Notes: generated by a model from the letters alone, not told the origin. A DNA stretch of 62,309 nucleotides, filler included, from 6 parts of 6 records of this genome joined end to end with filler, not necessarily neighbours in it; one strand, 5' to 3'; positions 50,414 through 60,795 are shown, counted from the first letter of the whole stretch. Numbers and translations are program-made.

Positions 50414-50513
50414 NNNNNNNNNNNNNNNNNNNNNNNNNNNNNNNNNNNNNNNNNNNNTTAATTAATTAANNNNNNNNNNNNNNNNNNNNNNNNNNNNNNN
50501 NNNNNNNNNNNNN
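50414..50513. other. artificial contig linker
   Basis: 44 N + TTAATTAATTAA + 44 N. Confidence 0.99.
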
Positions 50514-51977
50514 TTGGTCAATAACAGTAATTGCTTCTGCAATTGATTCAACTTCTGTGTTAATCTCATCCATTGAAGTTGCAGTTTGGTGAGCTAATTG
50601 TTGACCTTTTTGAGCTGAGTTCATAACTACATCATCAAGCTCTTTCATTTTATCCATGTTTTGAGTACTATTTTGAATATTACTATTAATCTCTTCAACA
50701 GCAGCAGCAGTCTCTTCAAGTGAAGCTGCTTGTGCATTTGCTGAGTCTGATAAAGAAGTAGCTGAAGAAGTTAATATCTCAATATTATTTGCAAGTTTTT
50801 CACCACTTGTCATAATAGTAGCTAAGATTTCAGATACATTATCACCAATTGACTTTGTTCCTCTAACAACAGAACCTAGGTTACCACTTACGTTTTTAAC
50901 ATCAAAGTCATACTCAAAGTTACCTTTAGAGTACTCATTTAAGGCCTTATTTACTTCACCTAAGTGGTCTTTGAATTCATCAATTAAAACATTAATAGTG
51001 TTTTTTAAATCATTAGTTGATCTATTTTCTGAATCACTTTCAACTTTATAAGCAAAGAAACCAGCTCTAACCATCTCAATGGCTTTCTCACTCTCTTCTA
51101 CAATTTTTTGATCTTGCGCTGTAACTCTTCTAATCGACTCTAGGTATTCATTAAAGTATCTTGCTAAATCACCAATCTCATCTTTTGAATCAATATTGAT
51201 TTTTTGGTCTGCACTTGAGAATTTTGTAAGAGCTTTAACTGTTCCTGTTAATTTTGAAAGAGGTTTAACAATCATTCTATTTGCTATAAATACTACAATT
51301 GTAGAGATAACAATAGTAAGAATAAGTACTCCAATAAAAATAAACAGTATTGCATCAGCTGTATCTTCTTCAGAAGAAGCTTGCATTTGAGCTACACTAT
51401 TTTCTACATCATCAAGGTAACTTCCTGTTGCAATAACCCATCCCCAAGGTTTAAATACTTCAATATAAGTATACTTTGGTTGTGGTTCATCAAAACCTGG
51501 TTTATCCCAAACATATGTAATAAGACCAGAACCTTGAGACTTAGCTAGTTTTTCAATATCTTTGAAAAAGTATTTACCCTCAGGGTCTTTTACATCAGAA
51601 ACATCTCTTCCTACTAGAGATTTTGCAACTGGATGCATTAACATATTTAATTCAAGGTCATTAATCCAAAAGTATCCTTCTTTACCATATCTGATTTTTT
51701 CAATGGCTTTAAGGGCATTTTGTTTTGCCTCTTCTTCACTAATTCCTTCAGATTCCATATTATTATATTCATCTTGAAGGGTATTCATAGCTAAAGAGAC
51801 ATAATTTTTTAGATTTAGCTCTTTATTTTTGTAAGCATCTTTTGTATATTTTTCAATATTTTGCTTACTTATGTGATTAATCGAGTAAATAGCTTCTATT
51901 GCTAAGATAATCGATACCGTTATAATAGTAGAGATTACTATTATGAGTAACTTGTTTTTTATTGTTAGATTTTTCAT
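50514..51977 (-). CDS. methyl-accepting chemotaxis protein with Cache sensor domain (3'-truncated)
   Basis: TM, RYGKEGYFWIND..MLMHP (sCache_2-like), WGWVIATG.Y, HAMP (DEIGDLA), QAASLEETAAAVEEI; ends at ITVIDQ. Confidence 0.93.
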
Positions 51978-52164
51978 GCATGCTCCTAGTCAATTAGTAA
52001 AATTAATAATAAAGTTACTAATAACTAATAATTCTACTAAAATATTTTAAAGCTTAGTTGAGAAAAACCTTAATTTTAAACAATTGTATAAAAAAATAAT
52101 ACAAAAAGAAGGAAATAAACCAGAAATTTATTAAATATTTAAAAAAAACAAATAAATTATTTGA

Positions 52165-52198
52165 TTGAGACAGTTTTGAGACAGTGTTATGTTAAAAT
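52165..52198 (+). promoter_or_regulatory. tandem TTGAGACAGT direct repeat (11-bp period) plus extended -10 TGnTAAAAT
   Basis: Copies at 52165-52174 and 52176-52185; TGTTAAAAT at 52190-52198. Confidence 0.55.
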
Positions 52199-52227
52199 TA
52201 AGAAAATAATCAATTAAGGTATTTATT

Positions 52228-52338
52228 ATGTTTGATTTTTTTACATTAGATTTATTTTTCAACTTAACAGTTGCAGTGATAATATCTTTAGTAGTTATTG
52301 AAGGTTTTTCTTATTTAAGAAGTAAAGACAGATCATGA
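52228..52338 (+). CDS. 36-aa single-TM small protein (absent from the ORF track)
   Basis: MFDFFTLDLFFNLTVAVIISLVVIEGFSYLRSKDRS; AAGGT RBS; upstream promoter; basic C-terminal tail. Confidence 0.55.
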   Translation: MFDFFTLDLFFNLTVAVIISLVVIEGFSYLRSKDRS

Positions 52339-52671
52339 GAAAAGTGACTTTTTAATAGAGTCAAGTTTAAAATGTATTCCTCCATACTTCATTACTTTTG
52401 CAAGTTTTTTCCACATAGGTTTTTCATAGCAAGGGTTTGGGCACTTTCTACATCTTGGTTTTTCTTCGTGGATACACCCCTCTAACCTGTTTATACTATA
52501 GCTAATATCTTTTACACACTCTTCACAAACGTTAAACTCATATACAAAAGTGTGTTCTTTGTAAACAACACTTTTTATATATAGTTTGCTTTGTTCATGT
52601 TTATTTTCACAATAATATTCAAAGAACTTTTTTAATGTTCTTATTTCAGAATCAAATTTCTCAGTGGTCAT
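52333..52671 (-). CDS. YgbA (nitrous oxide-stimulated promoter) family protein
   Basis: YC..KH, CEEC, RLEGC..EEKPRCRKCPNPCY, VMKYGG. Confidence 0.82.
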   Translation of the reverse strand: MTTEKFDSEIRTLKKFFEYYCENKHEQSKLYIKSVVYKEHTFVYEFNVCEECVKDISYSINRLEGCIHEEKPRCRKCPNPCYEKPMWKKLAKVMKYGGIHFKLDSIKKSLFS

Positions 52672-52676
52672 AATAT

Positions 52677-53117
52677 TTAGTGTGCGCTACAAGGGCTCAT
52701 TCCAGTTTTAAAAAACATAGCTGTAACTGTATCCATTGTTTGAATATGGTTTACTAACCAGTTTATTAAATCAAGTTCTAAATAGCTTTTTAAAAACTCT
52801 TTATCATCATTTTTAATAAAGTAATCTAACACTTGTCTCATTTGTTCTAAGCACTTTTCATGCTCTCCTTTGTGCATCATGTAAGGAGGAAAGTTAAGTT
52901 CAATCATTTTGTCTTCTTCCCCTTTAAAGTGTGAAACAGTATGGTCATACCAATTTTGGTAAGCATCTATAACAATATTTTTATTCTCTTTTGTTTCTGA
53001 AGCAATATAGTTTAAAAGTTTTTCATATAGATCATTTATAATATCAACATCTTCATAATGTACATCATTCATAAAATCTTCTGCAACTAGGGGTAAATCA
53101 TTTTTATTTATTAGCAT
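52677..53117 (-). CDS. single-domain hemerythrin
   Basis: H...HFKGEE...HKGEH...WLVNHIQTMD di-iron ligand set; start set at MLINK. Confidence 0.88.
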   Translation of the reverse strand: MLINKNDLPLVAEDFMNDVHYEDVDIINDLYEKLLNYIASETKENKNIVIDAYQNWYDHTVSHFKGEEDKMIELNFPPYMMHKGEHEKCLEQMRQVLDYFIKNDDKEFLKSYLELDLINWLVNHIQTMDTVTAMFFKTGMSPCSAH

Positions 53118-53172
53118 AAAAGCCTCTTTAAATTTATTTTCAAAATATTTGCATAAAATAGTAAATAAATCA

Positions 53173-53186
53173 TTGATTGGAATCAA
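53173..53186. promoter_or_regulatory. FNR/DNR/Nss-type operator
   Basis: Perfect TTGAT-TGGA-ATCAA between the divergent hemerythrin and Crp/Fnr genes. Confidence 0.8.
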
Positions 53187-53191
53187 GAGAA

Positions 53192-53827
53192 ATGAGCAAA
53201 TTAAAAGAGTTTTATTTATTTAATAGTTTAGATTCAAAAGACTTAGAACTACTAGAGAGTATTAGTTTTGAAAAGAAGTTTACTAAAGATGAATTAGTAT
53301 TTTATAAAGGTGATGAATCAAAATATCTTTTATTATTAATAAGTGGTTGTGTAAAGATTTATAGACATGACTTTAAAGACAATGAGGTAACCATTCATAA
53401 TATAAAAGCTGCATCTTTTATAGCAGAGCTTGCAAACTATGAAAATATTCCTTATCCAGCAAACTGTAGATGTGAAATGGACTCAAAAATCATATTTATA
53501 GATTATAAAAAGTTTGAAGAGTACTTTTTACAAAAAAATGAGTTTCTTCTTATTTTTATAAAATCTCTAACAAAAAAAATCAAAGCCTTAGAACTATTTA
53601 TTAGTACAAATATGATTGAAGATGTTGATGCAAAAATTGCAAAGTTTATTTATGATAATAAAGCTGAAATAAGTAGTTTAAAGCAGATAAAAATAGCAGA
53701 ACTTCTAAATATAAGACAAGAGACTTTATCTAGAAAATTAGCAAAACTAAAAAAAGATGAGATATTAGAAAATAAAAAAGGTAAAATTGAAATTAAAGAT
53801 GAAAGAGCTCTTAGAGCTCTTTTTTAA
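53192..53827 (+). CDS. Crp/Fnr family transcriptional regulator (NssR/DNR/HcpR-like)
   Basis: cNMP-like domain (FIAELA, PYPANC) and HTH IAELLNIRQETLSR; no N-terminal FNR Cys cluster. Confidence 0.88.
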   Translation: MSKLKEFYLFNSLDSKDLELLESISFEKKFTKDELVFYKGDESKYLLLLISGCVKIYRHDFKDNEVTIHNIKAASFIAELANYENIPYPANCRCEMDSKIIFIDYKKFEEYFLQKNEFLLIFIKSLTKKIKALELFISTNMIEDVDAKIAKFIYDNKAEISSLKQIKIAELLNIRQETLSRKLAKLKKDEILENKKGKIEIKDERALRALF

Positions 53828-54942
53828 GCGGGGATAATTCTTATCTCGCTTATTTCTGAACTAGCTCCTAATCTCATTGGAGGTCCCCAGAAACCAGTTC
53901 CTTTGTTTACATAAATTTGTGTATCTTCGTTGTGTTTATTTAAACCTTTTACATAAGGTTGTTGAAGTTTTACTAATAAGTTAAAAGGTGCTATTTGTCC
54001 TCCATGGGTATGACCACTTAATACTAAATCAACTTTTTCATCTATCTCTTTTATATATCTTGGTTGGTGAGCTAATAGTACTTTAGGGAAGTTCTTCGTT
54101 CCTTGTAAAGCCTTTTTTAAATCAGGCATATAAGCATTAACTCTATTTCCAAAAATATCATATACTCCAGCTAAATAAAAACCTTTATTTTCTTCTCCAA
54201 TATAAATATTTTCATTCTCTAAAGTTTTTATTCCTAAAGAGTTTACATACTTTATAATTGCTGCAACATCATGGAAGTATTCGTGGTTACCAATAATAAA
54301 ATATGTTCCATATTTAGATTTTAAATTTTTTAGTTCATCAAGTGCAGGTTTTGCATATTTCATTTTTGTATCAACTAAATCACCTGTTATAGCAATTATA
54401 TCTGCATCTAAACTATTGACTCTTTTTACAAGGTTTGCAATAAAAGTTTTATCTACTAAGCCTCCAATATGAATATCACTTAATTGAACTATTTTATACT
54501 CTTGTTTTAGGTTTTTTATTTTAACTTCAACCTTTTCTAGCTCTATATGTTTAGCATTGTACATTGCTTTTGCATTTACTCCACCAGCAACTGCTACAGC
54601 TGTAAAATCTAAACCTCTTTTAAAGAAGTCTCTTCTACTTTCATCTTTAATTGATTTATTAATTAAAAGAGCAAAAACCTCATAAAAAATAGTTGCTATA
54701 AAAAGAAGAAAAATAATACCAATTGGTAAAGATAGAAGAAAATATGCCCAGTTTGGAACACTTGGGTTATATCGTACAAACATATAGGCTACTACGCCTA
54801 AAAGATTAATAGCTAAAAAGATATTTAAGTAGAGTTTTGTCTTTTTTGAAAAGTGTAGTTTTCTAATAAACCTTCTTGAAATTAGAAGTGTTAAAAGTGT
54901 CATAACACTTATAAAAATTGTTGCAAATATAATAAATCTCAT
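53824..54942 (-). CDS. membrane-anchored metallophosphoesterase (YkuE/YaeI-like)
   Basis: SDIH, TGDLVD, GNHE, LAHQP, SGHTHGGQ; N-terminal TM helices. Confidence 0.9.
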   Translation of the reverse strand: MRFIIFATIFISVMTLLTLLISRRFIRKLHFSKKTKLYLNIFLAINLLGVVAYMFVRYNPSVPNWAYFLLSLPIGIIFLLFIATIFYEVFALLINKSIKDESRRDFFKRGLDFTAVAVAGGVNAKAMYNAKHIELEKVEVKIKNLKQEYKIVQLSDIHIGGLVDKTFIANLVKRVNSLDADIIAITGDLVDTKMKYAKPALDELKNLKSKYGTYFIIGNHEYFHDVAAIIKYVNSLGIKTLENENIYIGEENKGFYLAGVYDIFGNRVNAYMPDLKKALQGTKNFPKVLLAHQPRYIKEIDEKVDLVLSGHTHGGQIAPFNLLVKLQQPYVKGLNKHNEDTQIYVNKGTGFWGPPMRLGASSEISEIRIIPA

Positions 54943-55121
54943 AGCAGGATTATACAAATGTTTTTTTAATACTCAATTAACAAAACTAAAGGTTTTAAAG
55001 TATAAAAATAATACTTTTTTGTTACAAAAATTTAGATATTTGATTTTCTTTCTCAAAAAAAGAAACAAAATTTTAGTTTTTATTAACTATAATTTATAAA
55101 CACTCAACGAAAGGGAAAGCT

Positions 55122-57020
55122 GTGAAAAAAATATTATTATCTTTATTCTTTTGTATGAGCATACTTTTTTCTAAGCATGTAAGTTTAGACTCTTTTTTGA
55201 AAAATAATAATACAGTAATACTTATAATCAATCCAAAAAATGGAGAGATTATTGAGGCAAATGAGTTTGCTGCTAAGTTTTATGGGGTGAGCCTTTCAAA
55301 ATTAGAGTCTTTAAATATAAAAGATATAAACGCTTTTTCTAAAGAGCAAGTACAAGAAGAGATGCAAAAAGCTAAAGAAGAGAATAGAAATTATTTTATC
55401 TTCAAACATAAAGTTGCAAATGAAAAAATAGAGAAAGTAGAGGTTTACTCTTTTCCTATTGTTTACAAAAACCAAGAACTACTTTTTTCAATAGTTAATA
55501 AATACAAAGATAAATATGCAGTTGAATACTTTAATGAAAATTTAGAAGAACAAGTAAAACTTCAAACTGCACAAATAAAAGAATCAAAACAAAATATTAC
55601 AAATATTTTTTTAGCCTGTTTAGTTTTACTAATCATTTGGGTGCTTATACTAATCTATTTTTTAAAGCAGAAAAAACTCTTAACTATAAAACTTCAGAAT
55701 ATGAATAAAGAACTCCATGAAACAAATGAAAGATTTGAGTTAGCAATGGATACTACAAAAGATGGTTTGTGGGATTGGGATATTAAAACAGATGAAGTGA
55801 TTTTTTCTAAAACTTGGAAAGAGATGTTAGGCTTTAAAGAAGATGAGTTAGAAAATTGTTTTGAATCATGGGCCTCAAGAGTTCATAAAGATGACTTCCC
55901 TAAAGCAGAAAAAGATTTACACGAGCATCTAAATGGAGTAACTGAGTATTATGAAAATATTCATAGAATGAGACATAAAGATGGTCACTGGGTTTGGATT
56001 TTAGACCGTGGTAAAACTGTATTTGATGAAAATAATAAACCAATAAGAATGATAGGTTTTCATACAGATATTAGCTCACAAAAAGAAGCAGAGAAAAAAA
56101 TAGAAGAACAAAAAGATGAGTTTGAAAAGATTTTCTCAAACTCTAATGATGCAATTGCAATTGTTGATTTAGATACAAACTTCTTAAACTTTAATGATGC
56201 ATATTTATTAATGACAGGTTATACAAAAGAAGAACTTCTTCAAAAGAGTTGTTTAGAGTTAACCTTTGAAGAAGATATTGAAGCTACAGAGCAAGCTTTA
56301 GCAGAAGTTTTTGCAAATGGACATATAGAAAATTTTGAGAAAAGATGTATTGTAAAAGGTGGGAAAACTTTATTATCAAGTATGAATATAGCACTTATGT
56401 CTGATAAAAAAAGATTAATCTTAACTACAAGAGATATTACACAAGTAAAAAATTTACAATCCCAAGAAAAACTAGCCTCAATGGGTGAAATGATAGGTAA
56501 TATCGCTCACCAATGGAGACAACCTTTAACTGTAATAACTACAAATGCAAGTGGAGTTAAACTTCAAAAAGAGTTAGATTTGCTTGATGATGAAACTTTT
56601 AATAAAGCAATGGATTCAATTATTAGTCAATCAAAATATCTATCAGAAACAATAGATGATTTTAGAGCTTATATTAAAGATGATAAACAAAGAGAAGAGA
56701 CAACAATAATCTATATTTTAAATAAAACTCTTTCTTTAAATGAAGCGAGTTTAAAAAATAATCATATTGAAGTGCTAACAGATTTTAAATCAGATTTAAA
56801 AGTGTATGGTTATAAAAATGAATTAGTTCAATCTTTTTTAAATATCATAAACAATGCAACAGATGCTATCAAGGAGCGTTTAGTAAGCGATACTACTAGA
56901 ATAATTTTAATCTCTACAAAAAAGAGTAAAGATGGTTTAAGTGTAGAAATCAAAGATAATGCAGGTGGAATTGACAAATCAATTCTTCCAAGAATTTTTG
57001 AACCATATTTTACTACAAAA
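55122..57020 (+). CDS. multi-PAS sensor histidine kinase (3'-truncated)
   Basis: Periplasmic PAS-like domain, TM, two PAS/PAC domains, AHQWRQPL H-box, NNATDA, DNAGGI, FEPYFTTK. Confidence 0.92.
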
Positions 57021-57120
57021 NNNNNNNNNNNNNNNNNNNNNNNNNNNNNNNNNNNNNNNNNNNNTTAATTAATTAANNNNNNNNNNNNNNNNNNNNNNNN
57101 NNNNNNNNNNNNNNNNNNNN
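57021..57120. other. artificial contig linker
   Basis: 44 N + TTAATTAATTAA + 44 N. Confidence 0.99.
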
Positions 57121-57121
57121 A

Positions 57122-57655
57122 AATGCAGCAGTTGAAGCTGCAACAGCAGGCGAATCTGGAAAAGGTTTTGCAGTTGTAGCACAAGAGGTAAGAAACTTGG
57201 CAACAAGATCTGCAGAAGCCGCAAAAGAGATTAAAGACTTAGTTGAGCATGCAAACATAAAAACTGTAGAAGGTAAGGGGATATCTGATAAAATGATACA
57301 TGGATATACAGAGTTAAATGAAAATATCCATAAAACAATATCACTAATCAAAGATGTAGAAATAGCTTCAAAAGAGCAACAAAGTGGTATTGAACAGATA
57401 AACGATGCAGTTACTTTACAAGATCAGCAAACTCAGCAAATTGCTAGTGCTGCAAATGAAACTTATGATATTGCAATTCATACATCTAAAATCTCTAAGA
57501 AAACATTAGAGAATGTAAATCAAAAAGAGTTTATAGGAAAAGATGATGTAGTGGAAAGAAGACAAAGACAAGTTGATTTATCTTATGATGAAGAATCTTG
57601 TAATAGAGAATCAGAACGAAAAATTAGAGAATATAAAAAAGAACATAACAGTTAA
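57122..57655 (+). CDS. methyl-accepting chemotaxis protein, C-terminal fragment
   Basis: Frame is open from the edge: NAAVEAATAGESGKGFAVVAQEVRNLATRSAEAAKEIK, EQQSGIEQIN. Confidence 0.92.
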   Translation, partial: NAAVEAATAGESGKGFAVVAQEVRNLATRSAEAAKEIKDLVEHANIKTVEGKGISDKMIHGYTELNENIHKTISLIKDVEIASKEQQSGIEQINDAVTLQDQQTQQIASAANETYDIAIHTSKISKKTLENVNQKEFIGKDDVVERRQRQVDLSYDEESCNRESERKIREYKKEHNS

Positions 57656-57666
57656 GGAATATAAAT

Positions 57667-58395
57667 ATGAATAAAATCAAAAAAATATTACTGCTTGCAT
57701 TTTTGGTACAAGCAGGATTATTTGCAAATGAAATAGAAGAGGTAAGTTTATATACTCAATATAAATATAAAGTAAATTATAATGAACTAACAGCAGATGA
57801 AAAATCAAAGGTTACAGACGAATATAAGCAACTTCAAACACTTACAAAAAAAGTTGAAGCAGATGTTAAAGATAGTGTAATCTATAAAGTAAAGAAAAAC
57901 ATAGTTACTTTTGAATCTTGGTCAAATAATTTTATGATGAAGTATCAACCAACAGAACAAGAGTTGAAATTTATATATGATAATATTGCTTTAAAAACAA
58001 ATCCTGAGTACAAACTAAAAACAATAGTAGTAAAAGATAAAAATAGAGCAGAGAGTATTTTAAAACAATTAAAAAATAGAAAAACTCTTCAAGATAGAAC
58101 TAAACTGTTTAATTATTTTGTAAATAAAGATTCTATTGATGAGCAAACAAAGTCTAAAAAAGGTGACATTGGTTGGGTGAATCAAGGAAGTTTTATTCCA
58201 ACTGTACAAAAGAAACTTGCTACTTTAAAAGTTAATGACTTACTAAAACTAAATGTAAAAGAAAATGTTCAGATACTTTATTTAGTAGATAAAGCTGAAC
58301 CGAGAAAAGCAACTTTCGAAGAAGCAAAACAAACTTTAATACAATTAGCTAAACAAGAAGCTTTAAGTAAAGAACTTACTACTTTAGTAAAATAG
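57667..58395 (+). CDS. secreted parvulin-type peptidyl-prolyl isomerase/chaperone (PEB4/PpiC-like)
   Basis: Signal peptide; IVVKD...AE.I...L, SID, KGDIGW, TFEEAK. Confidence 0.75.
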   Translation: MNKIKKILLLAFLVQAGLFANEIEEVSLYTQYKYKVNYNELTADEKSKVTDEYKQLQTLTKKVEADVKDSVIYKVKKNIVTFESWSNNFMMKYQPTEQELKFIYDNIALKTNPEYKLKTIVVKDKNRAESILKQLKNRKTLQDRTKLFNYFVNKDSIDEQTKSKKGDIGWVNQGSFIPTVQKKLATLKVNDLLKLNVKENVQILYLVDKAEPRKATFEEAKQTLIQLAKQEALSKELTTLVK

Positions 58396-58421
58396 ATATA
58401 AATAAGAAACTATATTCTTAA

Positions 58422-58751
58422 TTAGTCTATAGTTTCTATATTTACAAGCTCTATTTCGGCACACTCTTTTTTTGTAAGCTTTCTAAGTTTTGCATCCTCT
58501 TCTGCAAGAGTTATTAAATCAGCAAAATCATTTTTGTCAACTTCAAATTGATATAACTCTTTTTGAGTTTCAATTTTGATTTTAGTTTGATTCTCTTTAC
58601 TTAAGATATCAAGGTTTCTAATCCCTTTAGCAAATTCACTTTTTATGACTTTTGAAACTTTCTCATTTCCTAAAAGTTTTTCAAGACTCAATTCTAGATT
58701 AAAATCATTTTTGCATAAAAGTTTATATGTAACTAGCATTTTGCCATCCAT
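58422..58751 (-). CDS. hypothetical protein
   Basis: 109-aa ORF with AAGGA RBS; no family recognised. Confidence 0.65.
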   Translation of the reverse strand: MDGKMLVTYKLLCKNDFNLELSLEKLLGNEKVSKVIKSEFAKGIRNLDILSKENQTKIKIETQKELYQFEVDKNDFADLITLAEEDAKLRKLTKKECAEIELVNIETID

Positions 58752-58904
58752 TATTATTGTCCTTTTTTTTCGTAATTTTAGCGATAAAATAAAACTAGTG
58801 TGTAAAATATTACAAGATGCAAGATTTTATTATATGTCTTCATTATTAAATAAGTTATTCTATAAGTTTTATTACTATAATAAGATATATAAAGAGGTAC
58901 CAAA

Positions 58905-59426
58905 ATGCAGAAAATTGATTTAAAAGATTATGTAAAAAACAATTCTTTTTTTATTTATCAATATATAAATACTGAAATATTAAAAGATATTGGAGAGTTG
59001 AATCCAAACTATTTTATAAAACTAATTGAGGATATATTTGTAAAAAATAATGAATTCGATATAAAAAAGAGTGAAATTTCAACAAGTCTTTTCCCTTATT
59101 ATATTTTTACATTGATATTTGGAAAAGGCAAGATGGATTATACCTCACTTAGAGTTGAAACACTAAACCTAAATAAGTTAAACAAGCAGATTTCTGTTTA
59201 TTATAACTATGCTAGGTTTAGTTTAAATGATGGGTTTTTAGATATAGATTTAATGCAAACAAAATTTGGTGGAATGCCTATTGATAAAGATGTTTTAAAA
59301 CATTCTAAAAAAATTGGAATAAAACCAAATGGTTTAGAAGAATTTATAAGTAGTAATCAAAACTTAATAGAGGAAAATGAAGGTTTAAAACTAATCAAAA
59401 CTAGAATTGAAGAGATTCTAGATTAG
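58905..59426 (+). CDS. hypothetical protein
   Basis: 173-aa ORF with GAGG RBS; no family recognised. Confidence 0.65.
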   Translation: MQKIDLKDYVKNNSFFIYQYINTEILKDIGELNPNYFIKLIEDIFVKNNEFDIKKSEISTSLFPYYIFTLIFGKGKMDYTSLRVETLNLNKLNKQISVYYNYARFSLNDGFLDIDLMQTKFGGMPIDKDVLKHSKKIGIKPNGLEEFISSNQNLIEENEGLKLIKTRIEEILD

Positions 59427-59785
59427 ATTAGTTTATTGATAAGTTCAACTAACTCTTCTTCTTCAAAAGGTTTTTCCAAAGAGCCATTTGCTCCTATAAG
59501 TTCTGCAGTTGTCAAATAAGAAGTGTCAAGTCTTCTGCTCCCTCCTGACATTGCAATTATTGGAATATTTTTGTCTATTTCTCTTAAAGTAGTTATTAGT
59601 TCTAACCCTTCAATATCTGGCATTATGATATCAGTAATTATAATATCAGGTTTAAAACTTTTGTATGTTTCAATTGCTTTTTTACCAGATGGTAAAGCAT
59701 GAACTTCAAAATTTTTTCTTTGAAGATATCTTGTTAATGCAAAAGATACTAAACCATCATCTTCTACTAATAATACTTTTTTCAT
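59423..59785 (-). CDS. single-domain response regulator
   Basis: LLVEDD, TDIIMPDIEG, AMSGG, EKPF. Confidence 0.92.
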   Translation of the reverse strand: MKKVLLVEDDGLVSFALTRYLQRKNFEVHALPSGKKAIETYKSFKPDIIITDIIMPDIEGLELITTLREIDKNIPIIAMSGGSRRLDTSYLTTAELIGANGSLEKPFEEEELVELINKLI

Positions 59786-60774
59786 TTAAATTCTTTTATA
59801 CTTGGAATTTGTAGTGTAAATTCAGTAAATTCATCTTTTATAGAATTTACTTTAATTTTTCCACCCGCATTTGTTATTATACCAAAAGTTTCGGAAAGAC
59901 CTAGTCCTGTACCTTCTCCTTGTTCCTTTGTTGTAAAGAAAGGGTCAAAAACCAGCTCTTTGTTTTTTTCATCTATTCCTGAGCCATTATCTTTTATTTT
60001 TATCTCAATTGTAGATTTATCCTCAAGAAGCTTTGATGATACAGATATAATGCCATTTTTTTTATTTTCTAAAGCCTGAATTGCATTTGTGATAAGGTTG
60101 AAAATGATAACTTCGATATTAATTTTAGAGATTGGAATTATTAAACCTGATTTTTCAATTTTCATCTCAAATAAAATAGAACTAGGAATTGTTGTTTTTA
60201 TAAGATTTAAACCTTTTTCTAAAGTCTCATCGATTAAACAACTGTTGCTTATATCATTGTTGTCTCTTCTTGTATAGTTTAATACTTGTTTTACTATATC
60301 TTTTAATCCATAACTTGCTTCGAGTACTTTTGATATATCCTCATAACTTGGATTATCTTTTGGGGTATCCTCTTTTATGATTTTACTTAATGTTATAATA
60401 GGTACTAAATGATTATTTAAAGAGTGAGATAATCCACCTAACATTGTTCCCATTGATTGTAGTTTTAAGTTTGCTTGAATTTTTTTTTGGTTTTCTATCT
60501 CTTTTCTATTTAGATATAACATTTTTTTCCAAAACTTAATACTCAAAAAAAATAAACTTATGGAAAGTGAGATAAAAAGTGCTATTAGAACTAATATGAT
60601 TTCATCTAACTCCCAATCTTCATGTTTTCTTGAAAACTTAAAAATCTCTTCAAAAGCATCAAAGTAGACAAATACATATGTTAAAGAAACAAATATTATA
60701 AAAAAAATGACTAAAGTACTGGTTATAACTTTTTTAGTAAAAGTACCACTTGGTAGATTTGGAAGCTCATTCAT
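59782..60774 (-). CDS. sensor histidine kinase with two TM helices and a short loop
   Basis: H-box GLSHSLNNHL, NLITNA, DNGSGI, FDPFFTTK..GEGTGLGL; ATGA-coupled to the response regulator. Confidence 0.9.
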   Translation of the reverse strand: MNELPNLPSGTFTKKVITSTLVIFFIIFVSLTYVFVYFDAFEEIFKFSRKHEDWELDEIILVLIALFISLSISLFFLSIKFWKKMLYLNRKEIENQKKIQANLKLQSMGTMLGGLSHSLNNHLVPIITLSKIIKEDTPKDNPSYEDISKVLEASYGLKDIVKQVLNYTRRDNNDISNSCLIDETLEKGLNLIKTTIPSSILFEMKIEKSGLIIPISKINIEVIIFNLITNAIQALENKKNGIISVSSKLLEDKSTIEIKIKDNGSGIDEKNKELVFDPFFTTKEQGEGTGLGLSETFGIITNAGGKIKVNSIKDEFTEFTLQIPSIKEFK

Positions 60775-60795
60775 GAGTTATCCTTAAAGTATCTA

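Noticed and set aside
54610..54650. Internal twin-arginine-like motif SRRDFFK in the metallophosphoesterase
   Set aside because: As I recall a common feature of this family in Campylobacterota, so not specific to this locus
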